A stretch of DNA of 64,000 nucleotides from Tubiluchus corallicola (Eukaryota > Animalia > Priapulida): contig JAQGDQ010000001.1 of assembly GCA_030141605.1 (NCBI GenBank), positions 1,612,001 through 1,676,000 on the forward strand. The letters are read 5' to 3'. Within the stretch, counting starts at the first letter, position 1; each line of letters opens with the position of its first letter. A program made the position numbers and the translations under genes. Below are positions 50,437 to 63,102 of the stretch, piece after piece. Below the pieces are notes generated by a model that searched no databases, had not been told where the DNA came from, and worked only from the letters and a program-made list of their open reading frames with translations.

Positions 50437-51325
50437 AGTAAAAATGGCACAAACGGAAAAGTGGGTAAAAATGGCATAGGTAAAATGGCACAGGAAAGAA
50501 TGGTATAGAAGGACAAATGGGAAAAATGGCACATATGCTATTTTGATGTAATTGATTTCTACAGTAAAACTAGAATGCACTCAGTAGGAAGCAGAACACT
50601 GCCCAAACCAAACAATCCTAAGCCTTTGAATCAAGAATTTAGCACAAAGATAAACAAGCAAACATACAAAAATGAACATGTATTTGTGCTATATAGACTA
50701 GCAAAAGACTCAGAAATTATTTGTTCATCAAATGGATTTATAATCCATAATGCACGAATGTTCCACATTGTGTTTATCTACCCTTTTCACCATTAATTTG
50801 GCGGTGGTAATAGACTTACAAATGTATACTTATTTCATAGGGCTATATGCATTAACAAGCAAAGGTTATAGACAATATTACACAATTTTACACAAATTTT
50901 CCTCGGAATGGAACTCCGAGGTGGTTACGTGTCCAGGTGGAGATAATAAAAAACTGCTCCCTCTAAGATCTCCATGCAGTATTTCATGAACATCTTTTGT
51001 ATGTGGTGTTTGGTCAAGTTTTGGGAAAAAACAATCCGCGAAAAGATTCCTATTTTGGCACTCTGTTTTCACAGGTTCTTGGAAATCTGTTAGACAGCTT
51101 TTGCATAATAGGCTTACTGTAATCCATAACAGACAAAAATAACCAAACAAAAGTGTTGAAGCATAACTTCCTTAGCAGAAGTAAAAATAACTAAAATAAT
51201 TATGCCCCACTGTGACCCTAACCCCAACAAACTTATTTTACTAAGTGTGCCATTTTTACGTACTTTTGCATTTATGCCTACTTTTCCATTCGAGCCATTT
51301 TACTTACTTTTCCATTTTTACCTAC
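50437..51325. mobile_element. Foldback/TIR element with (GTAAAAATGGCAC)-type terminal arrays and a probable nested Helitron-like piece (about 50880-51183)
   Basis: The left arm gtaaaaatggcac...ggaaaagtgggtaaaaatggca (50437-50535) is inverted relative to gtgccatttttac...cctacttttcc...gccattttac (51245-51325). The nested end gcataacttccttagcagaagtaa resembles the ACATAACCTCCTTGGCGGAGGTAA terminus. Confidence 0.6.
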
Positions 51326-51972
51326 ATTCATCACAGTCACAATCAGATGCATGTACATCCTCCATAAATCAGCGAAATAATTCGGTATAGCAAAGAAAGG
51401 AACTACCCAAAGTGAGATTCCGAAGCAGTCATCCAACTAAGCAGTTGCCAGGTTGGACATTGTTTCATTTCAGTAGCCAATCGCGGTGATTACTCACTAT
51501 GGTGCATACACCAAGATCAAAATGATTCGTTATATAACCGTTACTGACGTTACAAATCAGTTTGGAAAACGAGTCTACAACCAACGTAAGTCCCCCTACC
51601 CAGGGAGTGTATCTTGTTAGTTTCATGACCCTAGCACTGTACCTGACAAACCAATCTAATGGAACTTTCAAATTAAAAACGTTTTTCAAAATAATTAACA
51701 AGACAAGTATGTACTGTAAGTTATATATATGTGTGTGTATAAATAATGAGATTTTTTTATTTACAACTCTTCTTGTAAAGTAGAACAAGTTCAACATTAC
51801 TCACAAAATATTTATCCTGTACAGTATCAAAACAATCAGACTAATGCAGAAGTATTCTTAAATTTCTTTCTTTACTCTGAAACAGAAGAATCTGTACAGT
51901 GTACACCAACAAGCTTCAACTGGTGTTCACTAATGACCAACTATAAGGAATTTAGTTATTCAATATAAAACA

Positions 51973-53662
51973 TCATTTAAATGGACATGAGTAATAGTCT
52001 TCCTCTAGTTCATAAAGAAAGGCAGCCATATCATCTCTAATTGCCATCAATTTATTATCACAGTCTTCCATGGTATCACGGTACAAGTTTGTGTTATGTA
52101 CAATGGCTTCGTTAATAGCAGGAAAGTCATTCAAGATAAGATACTGTTTCAGATCTGACACAAGTTTCATAAGAGATTCTCCAGCACGTACAATATTCGC
52201 TGCTCTAACAGACATCTCGTGTAACTCTTGCTCATTCATAGCAGCCCTAGATACTTGAGTGTGTTCCTCTGTCTGAACAAAATGAAGTAAGGATATCAAT
52301 ATTAGCTCATTGAGAAACGTGAAATAACCCATTTATAAATTATGCATCATTTTAAAAGAGAAAGAGAAATTATTATTATTATTAAAATAACTCTACTTTA
52401 TTCAAAAAATACAGAGTACAATAAAACAAGTTCTCTATTTCTAAGGGTAGAGCTATCCACTTTATATTTAGGAGAGATTATTTTTTAAGCCTTAGAATAT
52501 ATAATGTAAATAACAGAAGAAAAAATACTAACTTACAGACCAAAATTGATTTCAGTTATAAAATGAATTCTACATTTTTTGCTCTTGTTTAAAGGTACAG
52601 TAGATGCCGCTTAATAGACTCACATTGGGACGGAAGTGTTTTGACCTTTCCTATTATCTGAACCTGTTAACCCATGGGTGTAATATTACTGGTATAGAAG
52701 TATGAGTCAGCAGCTTAGTATGCACTGTAAAGGTTTTCAATAAATTTTAGAAATGAAGTAATGCCTAATTCCTTTGTGCAGCTATATGTGAATTAGCCAT
52801 AAATTAAAAAGTATACTTTTCTAAATCACTCTGTCCATCAAACTGTTCATCTACAAAAATTCCTTCAAACTTCTTAATTCTATGCTCTCATTTGCTGTAT
52901 GATATTTACCCTTGTAAGTCACAAGGAATACTGGCTGACTACTGTATCTGCATCTTTGACTGTTAACTGATTAAGCGTGATTTGCAACGAGAGCTTCAAA
53001 AGGAAACCGCTAAACAAGATTAAATGTTTAACTTCCAAAAATTCTTGGGTAACGAGGTTAATTGAAGTGGACGAGCGGGTAACAGATTCAACATATTAGC
53101 GTATTAGCACATCATAAACAAACACGCTTACAAACAAAACGGTACCTAACATGATTGTTTCTACATGTATTATAGTGCACAAAAGCGAAGTAAAGAAGAC
53201 ATAAAAGTAGGAAAGGCTCTTTGGGCACGTACAAATATCCTACTTTAAGTACCTGAAGGAAAAATATTGTGTCAATTATGCGGAGTTATTTGAGTCAATT
53301 ACCGACAGTTTTTATGTACATTTGAATAGAAGTGATTTGTACCTGTTGAGTCTATTAAGCGGTGCCTACTGTATAAGAAATAAACCCAAGTTTTACTCGA
53401 GCCATTACATTATGCAATACAGTCAAACCTCTTTATGCTGCCTACCTTGGGAATGCAAAAAAGTTGGTTTTAAGCAAGTTTGGCATTGTAAAGAGGTACA
53501 TGCCTAGTTGCAGAAACACTTTATTGACAATGATCTTACCTTGGCTAACATGATTATTTCATTAAAGTTATCAAGTATGGATCTGACATCATCCTTTAAC
53601 CGCTTCTGGTAAGACTTTAGTAAGGCATCCTTATTTTGTGTTTGGTTTCGCTGTGCTGCCAT
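51973..53662 (-). CDS. MED22: Mediator subunit 22 (Surfeit 5), 140 aa, coding exons 53662-53540 and 52272-51973
   Basis: [41 protein letters not shown]|[10 protein letters not shown]...[33 protein letters not shown]...[10 protein letters not shown]. Donor AAG|GTAAGA and acceptor TTCAG|. A TTTTAG acceptor one base before the ATG implies an upstream non-coding exon (candidate donor near 55476). Confidence 0.97.
52598..53371. mobile_element. Tc1/mariner(pogo)-type MITE, copy 2, in the MED22 intron
   Basis: TA|CAGTAGATGCCGCTTAATAGACTCA ... TGAGTCTATTAAGCGGTGCCTACTG|TA: TIRs of about 25 bp and a TA target duplication. Confidence 0.88.
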
Positions 53663-54049
53663 GCTAAAATATCAAGACAAACCAGAATCTTATGAAATAA
53701 TAAATGGTGTTAACAGGTTAATTAAAATTTAATATCACAATCACATCCTGCAAAATCAATATCATAAACATAAAAAAATCACAAAGTACAAAGACGTATC
53801 ACCACCTGACACCTGTTGCTGCTAGTCAAGAAAAAATTATTTACAGTACTGCAAAGGAATGATTTCAAGTTGTAGGTAGATCTTTCTAGTTTAATTTTTC
53901 ACATTTCAAGCAGCTGGTTCTAGTGCTTGTCTTTTGAAGGCGCCTGCTATTGCGAATTTAGAAGCGCCTTTACTGTGCCCTCATTTGTCAAAGTCACACT
54001 CATAAAATGCCAGATCTGTTGACCCTTGGATTACAAGAAAAGTATATCA

Positions 54050-55260
54050 GCATATTATCCAAAAGGAATAAGTGTTCAAACATAAGTATGGAGATCCATT
54101 GTGTGCTGTGTAAACTTAGAGTAAAAGTAGTCAACGAAATAGAGTGCTATTTAATAGTGAAGTTGGTATAACCCCTAGAAAACATGTTGATGACATATAG
54201 GGACTAGGTGATGAAAATAACATTAGTCAAGTTGTGTCAACCTGTAGAAGACTTAAAAAAGATGACATTTAGTAAATCAAAATCACAATATATGACTGTG
54301 AACAAAGTTAAAGAAACATGCAGAACGGAAAAAAATGAATTGTTTGTAAGAAGTGGTTTTCTAGAAGAAACTTGTCAATATAAATATTTAGGAGACTATG
54401 TTACAGAAAAGGGAGATCATTCTTTGAGCAAAAGTAAAAGAGGAGAAAAAGTAGCATATATGAAGAGAGAATTGATGTAATGAAGTAATGAAAAAGAAGT
54501 TGGAGCGTATGAGAATAAGAATTCTTTTGTTTGAATCAGTAGTGCTACCGTCATTAATACATAATACTGAAGCTTGGAGCAGTGTAAATGAAGCACAGTG
54601 GGATGAAATGGAAAGATGGCAGGAAGAAATGACATGTACAATCTTAAACCAAATGAGTTCTACAAGTTATTGGGACACTATCATGATATTAAGCTTTTGG
54701 CCCATAAGACAAATAAATTCTAAGCAATTAATGTTATTGGGAATGTTGTGCACCTGCGAGGAAGAAAAAGGTATTTTTAGCAATGATGGAAAAGGAAATT
54801 CCTGGAAGTTGGACTGGAAACATAAATGAAACAGCAGAATTGTATGAAATAGATATAAATGGGAGAGATTAAAAGTAACTATATGTAAATATCTGGAGTA
54901 CGCTGGTAAAGAAAAGTGTCAGGAAATGAAAAAAACTGAGATTTATGGAAAAGGTTACAGGAAAGTGGAATAATCCAGTGGATTATGAAATTAAGTGTAA
55001 CCAAAAAAAAACAGTCTATGAAATAACAGAGTGGAAACTGAATATGATTAAAGTGAAAACAAATTTCAAAAGTAAGTTTAAGAATGATCTGAAATGTCCT
55101 TTGTGTAAAATTCATAATGATACAACGGAACACTTACTAATGTGTGAGAAAGCTGGGTGAAGAAGATATGGAGGTTGATTTAAAAACATTCGAAACAGGA
55201 AAATTAGTGATGATAAATACCAGGATAAGTAATGAATGTTAGATAGAAAATGGGTTTAGA
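54050..55260 (+). mobile_element. Decayed LINE ORF2 3' half with C-terminal CCHC zinc knuckle, antisense in the MED22 5'UTR intron
   Basis: Consecutive broken ORFs: YKYLGDYVTEKG, LFESVVLPSLIHNTEAWS, and KLNMIKVKTNFKSKFKNDLKCPLCKIHNDTTEHLLMC. Confidence 0.8.
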
Positions 55261-55476
55261 AATTTAATATGTCTACACTAGGTTGTGGGTAAAGCGTGTT
55301 AAATGTAGAATTTTTGGCTCGCTATTAAAACTTTCACTTTTCTGCTATCCCTTTAGCCTACTAACGTATTCGTAGTAGAGAAGTCAGTGTGAACCACCAT
55401 ACTAGCATTTCACGAGACTGACTAGAGTCGCCCATCATCAAGCTAGTAAAAATTCAATGTTTGGTAAGTAAATGCA

Positions 55477-55701
55477 CCTAAATAATAAATATCTTCGTAA
55501 ATGAATAAAATAGTTTGAAAAATAAAATGTAGTTATTTCAAGTTTAGCTAGAAATTTTTTAAACACGATAAATTTTCTGCCTTAACAGTTTCGGACAGTA
55601 CAGTACAGTTACTACTGTAGCACATGTTGCGCGATATCTCGCGGTTTACGAGAAGTCGAGTAAGTTGCGTGGCCTATCGGCCTTTTTTGGAACCAATAAT
55701 C
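55477..55701. promoter_or_regulatory. Bidirectional MED22/RPL7A promoter with TCT/5'TOP pyrimidine tract
   Basis: CpG cluster at 55625-55680 (gcgcgatatctcgcgg). CCTTTTTT at 55681-55688 lies just upstream of the RPL7A ATG, as is typical of ribosomal protein gene start sites. Confidence 0.75.
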
Positions 55702-58700
55702 ATGGTGATTAGTTTTCTTTATATTTTCATGATGAAATCTCTTTTAGTTTGAGGCATCTTATTTCTTTTTTTCGAAATTATATTGTGTTGGCTTTTGCCA
55801 AATATGCGTTATTTGGTGCAGTTGTTTAGTTATAAGAAATAGTGTCTAATTTAAAGTGAAATTTTGATATTTTTTATTGTGTTGGTGTTTGTGATATATG
55901 CGTTATTTGGTACTGTTGTTTAATTATAAGAAATACCGTCTAGTATTATGTTAATTTTTTCGTGTTTTTCAGGTGAAAGGCAAGAAAGGAAAAAAGAAAG
56001 TTGCAGCGCCTCCACTCATTGTGAAGAAGGCTGAACCTAAAAAAGTGGTTAACCCTCTTTTTGAAAAGAGACCAAGGAATTTTGGAATTGGTAATTTGAA
56101 TACGTTGGAACTTATTTACTTTTGCTTACTGTTTATATGGTATTTATCCTTTGTGCTCCTCATTAAGCATGCTTTTGTAGTACTAACAGAGAAGCAGAGT
56201 ATGTGTCTTCATAAAATCTTGTGAATTATGTGGCAAGCCAAAGTAAAAATTATTAATTTTAGTTTTGTTGTGTATGCTGCTCTAAAGTTATTTGATGACA
56301 TAATTAACCTTTAGTGCTCTGTTGATTTTTTGCACAGTACAGTCTTGCAAACTGGCAAACAGGTATCCAACGGCACGTTCTACTTTATAGCATGTTAATG
56401 ATTGTTGCAATCTAGGACATTAACACATATAAATGTATAAACTTTTAAAATAAGCTAGTTACCTATCTCATCACATTTGGATGCATATACATCATATATA
56501 CATCAGGCCCCCACTCTTGCATAACATGTTATTTAAAAATATGACCAACTGGTACGTGCAAGAGAGAGAGAGAGGAGGGGGAAAGAATCATTGTCATCAA
56601 AGTCCTCATTAAAAAAATTGTTATCATCACATTTATTTAAAGGTGAAACGTAGAACCTAAACAGGGGAAGTTGTTTTTTTATATTCACTTTATAATGTTA
56701 TTTTAGACAGTAGTGGTCCTTTTAATCCTTATTATCCACATAAGAATTTTAATAAATTTTAATTTTAAATAATAATAATAATACAAATGTTTGCTTTCAT
56801 ATGGTCATTTGGACTGAAATAAAAAGGGTATAGTTATCTTAATTCGTTATCATCGTTGTCATCATCACCATCATCATCCTTGTTACTACCATGTGTTATT
56901 TTCATTGACATTACTGTTCACAAAGTTGGGCGCAATAATTATGAAGTGGAATGACAACAGTTATTTACATATCATATTTACATTATTTCTAAAATATCGA
57001 TCAACCGCGATATTCCGATTATTAATAACAACAGTATCCTTATCCGGGAGTTGTCGTAAAGTTAGGCATGCGGTTGAGACAAAATCTTGTTTAATGAATC
57101 CCATCATAAATCACTAAGTGTGTGCACAATTAAGTGCACACGACTAAATGTGTCTTTAGTTGTCACAAATTCTACTTAACTTTCCTAGTCGTGTGGAAAC
57201 TAGGGAGCAGCCAGGAAGATAAGATAGAACGCACTAGAAAAAATACTTCAACCCGCCTAAACCCCACTTAACACAAGGAAACAAGTTTAAGTGCAGTACA
57301 TGAATCCGGGTGCAGTATTGCATATGAAAATTTTTTATTAGCTTTAATTAATTAACTTTTTGTTGTTAAACAGTGTAACTCATCCCAAATTTGTTTAGTT
57401 AAATGGAGTTATAGTACAAGTATTCTAACCTTTCTAAACTTTAGTTTTCTTCTTAGTTTAATTTCTGTAAAGTGTGTGTAAGGGCATTCTGGCTTGGACA
57501 AAAGCATTCCAGCTATTAATAAAATGAAATCTTGGTAATTCATAAATCAATAATTTGCACTAGTTATTCCCTTTAACCCCTTTACTTGTTGTACAACAAA
57601 AAAAGTAGCCTTAATAGTATTTCTAAATTATACATAAATATTTATCGTGTTTCTTTTTTGTAGGCCAAGATATACAACCTAAGCGTAACTTACGCAGGTT
57701 TGTCAAATGGCCTCGCTACGTGAGATTGCAAAGGCAACGACAAGTTCTGTATCAGCGACTGAAGGTACCACCTCCAATTCACCAGTTTACACAAACATTG
57801 GACAAACAAACAGGTATCAACATCGATAGTCTTATTTTGCGCATAGTGTTGAAAATCAGTTTTATCTGCATGTTTTGTCAACTTTTAGAATTGATATAGG
57901 AACTGATACCATTAGCTTGGTGTATAAAATCAGTCAGGGACATCTGCTGTGTAGAGAAAGTCAATACACCTTGTTGTAAATTTTCCATGTTGAATAATGC
58001 TTTCCAATGCTTTGTTTTGACCACTCACATATTCTTTATTTTTGAACATGAAAAAAATGTTACACATTTGTAATTTATAATATTTGTATTTAGTTTTGTG
58101 TTGTGTTGGAGTGTGGTGTAATAATTTTCTTTAGAATTAGCAATGTAGAATTATGACGGTAATGATGAATCTATCACTAGTTTTTTGTGTTGTATATTAT
58201 ATCTCTGAATTGCAGATGCTTTGCTGTTATTTTTGCACTATGTATTATGCCACCGCTTTTAGTAACGTTGGTTTGCTAGTGCCTGGTGATAATAGTTGCT
58301 GCAGTATTTAGAAGAAAACAAGATGATGTCTTATATCTTACCTCATTTTGAAGTACAGTAAAAAGTATATATTTTAACACCTGCAATAATGCCAATGTGT
58401 TTTCGATAATTAAATAATACGTTAAAAACTTAATTAACAGTCGACAAGCCTAGTTGGTGATGTTAGAAACATTCCATGAGCATGTTTCACGTGTTTGCGA
58501 AAGCTATAATTGAAGTATAGTGCTGCTGTACAACATTCAGTATGATATACAAAAAGTCCGCAAATTTGAAGTTTTAAGAATTTAAATTTCAAGTTTACCA
58601 CTGGGCTAACACATAAGCTCTCATATGTGTGTATTACATTACATTTGAATTGAGAGGTACAGAGCCTGGTTTTTGTGCAAAGTATTTCCGAGTTGCACAT

Positions 58701-61700
58701 GGCTAGTGCTAATCTAACTAGGGAATGGTGAAATGCATGTAACAGCTAGAGTTAGCTGTCCAAACGCGAGATTAGATTTCTGCAGATAATAGTTTGTTTG
58801 AGTAAGCCATTCTTAAAAAAACAATATGTTCACTTTCAATATTTTGTAGATTATTTGGAGTTATAGCTTAAGATTGGTCCAGTTTGCCAAATCATGTGTA
58901 ACGTTTAAAAAGCAATTCATCGTTCTTTTCTTTTGTTTTTAGATCTTCTGCATTGGCTGAATAATATCACAGGCATCTTTTTTAAATTAGTGTTTTTAAT
59001 TGTTTGCCCCAATGTAGTCAAGTTAAACTTTGTTAACATGTTAATAGATATTTAGTTTATTAATTTAATTGCAATTCTTTTACTTAATTCCTTTATTAAT
59101 AGTTGGCCAATTATTCAAGTTGATGGATAAATACAAGCCGGAAACAAAACAGGCAAAAAAAGCTCGACTGACAGCTCGTGCAGAAGAACGCGCCAAAGGG
59201 AAAGATGACGCTCCAACGAAACGTGCTCCTGTTATAAGATCCGGTGTGAATACAATAACCTCACTGGTGGAGCAGAAGAAAGCACAGTTGGTTGTAATTG
59301 CACATGATGTTGATCCTATAGAGGTAAAAATTCTGTAGCATTGTCAAATTAATTGATGTGTTGGTGAAGAGAAATTCTGTGTAGTTGCAGTGATGCTTGA
59401 CTCGAATTTCTTCATCTGAAGTGAAATTGAAGAAAAATCAATATGTAGACACTGAGCAGCTACTTTAATATTAGTGTAAGTGTATTGGTATCATACTAGT
59501 AAATATTAAATTTTGCTGGGGATTTAATCTCATATATTTCTTCAATGGATACAATTTGCTCCATTCTGTAGAATAACAAGTTCATATATCCGGTTACAAA
59601 TGTTATTGTACCAAAAGATTATGCAGTTACTAAGTGTGGATTGCCCATGTGCATCAAAGCTTCACCTGACCATTCTCACATGAGTGTAGGGCAAGCTATC
59701 CCTGTCACAATAAAAATACTTTCACACCTGGTAGCATGTAAGACTTTTGTGCAGCAAATGAGGCCGACAGTAGAAATACTTTTATTTCTGGTTAATCGCC
59801 CAGGTAAATTTTTTTATCGCACAACCAGCCGGGAATTTTTTTGATTTTCTGTACGTTCATATACTTGATGCAGTCATATAAAATCGTATTTTTTAGTTTA
59901 GAATCTAAAACGCAACAATTATAACATCATTCTTTTGGAGATGCAGGCGCAGCCATTTTTTATTATGGCTAACTCTCGGCGAGGGTTGCCGTTTTGTATG
60001 ACGCTCATCGCATGGAAGCTAATGAGTATCAAATTTTCCACCAAATCTGTGTGGTAACGAGTAGTGTTGCCACTTGCACCATAGTTATCAGAACATACGT
60101 TAATGATACAAAAGAGACTATACAATAATAGATAATTATATGATAATTTAGTAATGCGAAACAAAAAACTAAAAAACAAAGCGTGAAAAAATGTGCACTG
60201 GAAAAATTTAAAACATTACTGCTAGCCAGTGTGAAATAAACTTTGATTTCAACAGATTTGAAATATTCCACAATCTAGCTTTAAACATTCACGAACCTTT
60301 AAAAAACCCTCCCTCCGTATTAACGTCTTTTGAGCTCACGAGGTAAAACAAATTTTTTTCTGGCCGGCCTCAGCAAAATTGTAATTATGAACCCAAGTTG
60401 CAAAGATATTTCAGTTATATTTTTGATGTATAACACCATAACGTGTAGGGGTAGAGAACAATCTGCTTGCTACTTGCTTGGCCATGCTTTATTAGTCCTT
60501 AAATGTGCCTCGCATGAAGTAGCATCTGCCAGGTCATCTATCATGGTACTACAAAGCTGCACACTCACTGTAAGTGGTTTGATGACCTATCATCAAGTGA
60601 AAAATTATATGAAGCTACAGTCAAACATTGTTATAATGTACCCCTTTATAATGTTACATTTGCATAATGCCCAAATTTTTGGCAACACAAAATATCTATA
60701 TTTCCATAGACATGTATGTATATTAAAGCACCTCATGGTGCCATACTCGCTTAATGTCAGCTTTTTCTGGAGTCTCAAAGTGGACTATGTAAAGAGGTTT
60801 AACTGTTTACATATTAAACTTGCACAAATGACAGTTTATGCAGTTACTTTGGCCATTCCAATATTATATTGTGCTACACGATGTATGGATTTGTCATTTT
60901 CTTGTCATTTGAGAAGGGTACTTCATACATTTTTGTTGCAGCTATTGTATTTGCACATAATTGTTTGAATTTTTCACTTAATTGAAAGTTATTTTACTGT
61001 TTTCCAGATTGTGCTGCATTTACCAACATTATGCAGGAAGATGGGTGTTCCTTACTGTATTGTTAAAGGCAAAGCGAGGCTTGGACGTGTTGTACGTAGG
61101 AAAACAGCTACCTGCCTTGCTTTTGCAAATACAAATCCGTAAGTTTTCACAAACTGGTCTGCAAGCTTCAATGGATATTAATACTGAAATTAGCAATATA
61201 CTAGTCCAGGTTGGGGGTCTTTAATCACAGATTATATTTTTATTATTAAGTCTGGTTAGTTTTCTTTTGTCTACTGTGCACATGCAGTATGTTTTTCGGT
61301 CTGCGCATTTTTCGTCCTAGTGCATGCCTTGGATTGTATTGATTAATTTATAGTTTTCCCAATAAACTGTAAATTTTTGTGATTAAAGGTTTTCATCATC
61401 TTTTCCCAAAGCAACTTTGTGCAGTAAACTAGTATGGGAAACCTTGTCTTGCTGGAGGACAGTCATGCCATGATGGGATTAAATGATTTTATGGAATTAA
61501 ATGAGCTTATCTATAATTGGTCATGGAGTGTAACTAGAAGAGGGGACACTATGCACTGAGGTTGCAGGGCTGAGTTTGTTGTTCTGAAGAGCATTAAATA
61601 TTTGTCCACATAGTGATTCAGTTTTTTAGTCTGCATGATAAAGGGTCCACACTGCTGTAATGCTTCTTTAGGAATTCATAATAGCATTCTACATGGTTTT

Positions 61701-63102
61701 GTTTGGTCCCTCTTATTTATATAAAAAAATGCATATAAGATTGACACACACATGTACTCAGTATCTGCCACATAACTATATAATGTGCAATCTCTTTTTT
61801 AGGGGTAACAGCTACTTGCTGCTGCTAATTGTGGCAATGCGGAAATGTGGTTTTTGTAAATATCAAAAACTGTGTTGTGTGTGTTGCGCAGTTTAAGGCT
61901 TTTACAGTATTTGTTTATTATTCTTTATTTAAACAATCGTTTTATTCAGATATAAAAATAGAACCTATTCAATGGGCTTTCTTTCGTATTTACTTGTCGC
62001 ATTCGTCTTGTGTAGGGCGTGAAGTAGTGCACTAGCCTATGTACTGCTGTTGCGCTAAAGCACTTAGGCAAAATTTGCGGAAAACCAGCGAGGTACATAG
62101 GCTCTTGGGCAACCCAAGTACCGCATTGCTGATTTTACTCAGTGTATTAACTTTGCATGGGGAATTTTGACAAATTTTTAAAAATCCAATGAAAGTTAGT
62201 TCATTTTACAAAAAAATATACTTTTTCACTGAGTTGCCATCAGCATAGCATTGTGAAAACTTGCTTGACCAGGTGTTTAACTCTTGCCAGCATGCAGTAG
62301 GCTCTACGTTGGTATCGTTTTGCGGTGGCTTTTCTAACTCTTCACTAAACAAGAAGTTGTTTATTAACAAAGCAGCTGATTTAGTAGTTATAGCGCCGTT
62401 CAAGAAAGAAGAGGACAAAAATGCCGTACCTTAATGAAATGTTGAAATTGCCTAAAAGTCAGCTTATTTCACCTCAAAAAATTTAATCTCAGAAATAAAT
62501 TTAATATTGCTCCTCTGGCTTGCTCAGAAATAATGATTATTTTATTTTATCAAATGTATAATTTATATTAAATTGATTGTTCAAAGTATATTGGCATTTA
62601 AATTATTATTATTAAATAAAAACAAGGACAATTAATAGATGCTCTCACTGGCACTAAAGTAAACTTGGCTCAATTCTTGATCAGTTTCAGGTGCGCTACC
62701 TAGGCCAGCCCATGTAGAATGCAAGCCCATGTACTACACTCTGCTTCGCTCTGGACATCTTGGCTGTCAATTTGTACTTAAGGAGCCGTGTGTTAAAATA
62801 TATTATTTTAGCCAATAGGTGACAGTAAACTCCTAAAAATGAACAGTGTAATATTTGACATTTTTATATTATCTTAAAGCTTCTTATTAGGTAGGACAAA
62901 ATAGTTTTATTGTTTGTATAATTACAGAGAGGATCGAAGTGCACTGAGCAAGTTGGTAGAAGCTGTGAAGACGAACTATAATGAGCGTTACGACGAGATC
63001 CGAAGACATTGGGGAGGTGGACAACTTGGTACCAAATCTCTTGCTCGAATAGCCAAGCTTGAGAAAGCTAAAGCCAGAGAGCTTGCACAGAAAGTGGGCT
63101 AA
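55702..63102 (+). CDS. RPL7A: 60S ribosomal protein L7a (eL8, Surfeit 3), 265 aa, 6 coding exons
   Basis: Exons 55702-55704 (ATG only), 55973-56090, 57664-57813, 59103-59323, 61008-61138, 62928-63102 total 798 nt. Motifs [59 protein letters not shown] and [14 protein letters not shown] at 63124. Confidence 0.98.
55802..55942. repeat. 47-bp direct repeat (offset 94) in RPL7A intron 1
   Basis: atatgcgttatttggt...gttgttta.ttataagaaata..gtcta at 55802 and 55896. Confidence 0.85.
59381..59463 (+). ncRNA. SNORD36: Box C/D snoRNA, U36/SNORD36 family (28S rRNA methylation guide)
   Basis: 8-bp terminal stem GTAGTTGC/GCAGCTAC and box C GTGATGC (59390). Guide GAATTTCTTCA (59404-59414) is antisense to the conserved 28S GUGAAGAAAUUC. 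D' CTGA (59416), C'-like TTGAAGA, box D CTGA (59452). Vertebrate U36 is hosted in RPL7A introns. Confidence 0.85.
60108..60232 (+). repeat. Dispersed repeat, with a second diverged copy at 63477-63577
   Basis: Shared blocks caaaagagactatac, gtgaaaaatgtgcactg and gcta(g/a)ccagt. Confidence 0.75.
61465..61563 (+). ncRNA. Candidate divergent box C/D snoRNA in the last RPL7A intron
   Basis: GCC-ATGATGG (C-like, 61470) ... TGCA-CTGA-GGT (D, 61556) with a short stem. The ends resemble vertebrate U36C as recalled, but I recognised no rRNA guide. Confidence 0.35.

Noticed and set aside
56091-57663. U24/SNORD24, expected in RPL7A intron 2 by analogy with vertebrates
   Set aside because: I could not find its guide sequences or a convincing C/D pair.
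58159-58213. C/D snoRNA candidate ATGATGA...CTGA in RPL7A intron 3
   Set aside because: Only about 50 nt, with a weak stem and a low-complexity guide. At best a decayed U36-like relic.
58696-58826. H/ACA-like layout (hairpin, AGATAA, weak hairpin, ACA)
   Set aside because: The second hairpin is short and AT-only, and no pseudouridylation pocket is identifiable by eye.
60330-60968. 212-aa ORF within RPL7A intron 4
   Set aside because: TTG start, composition typical of non-coding DNA, no recognisable domain and no clear splice context.
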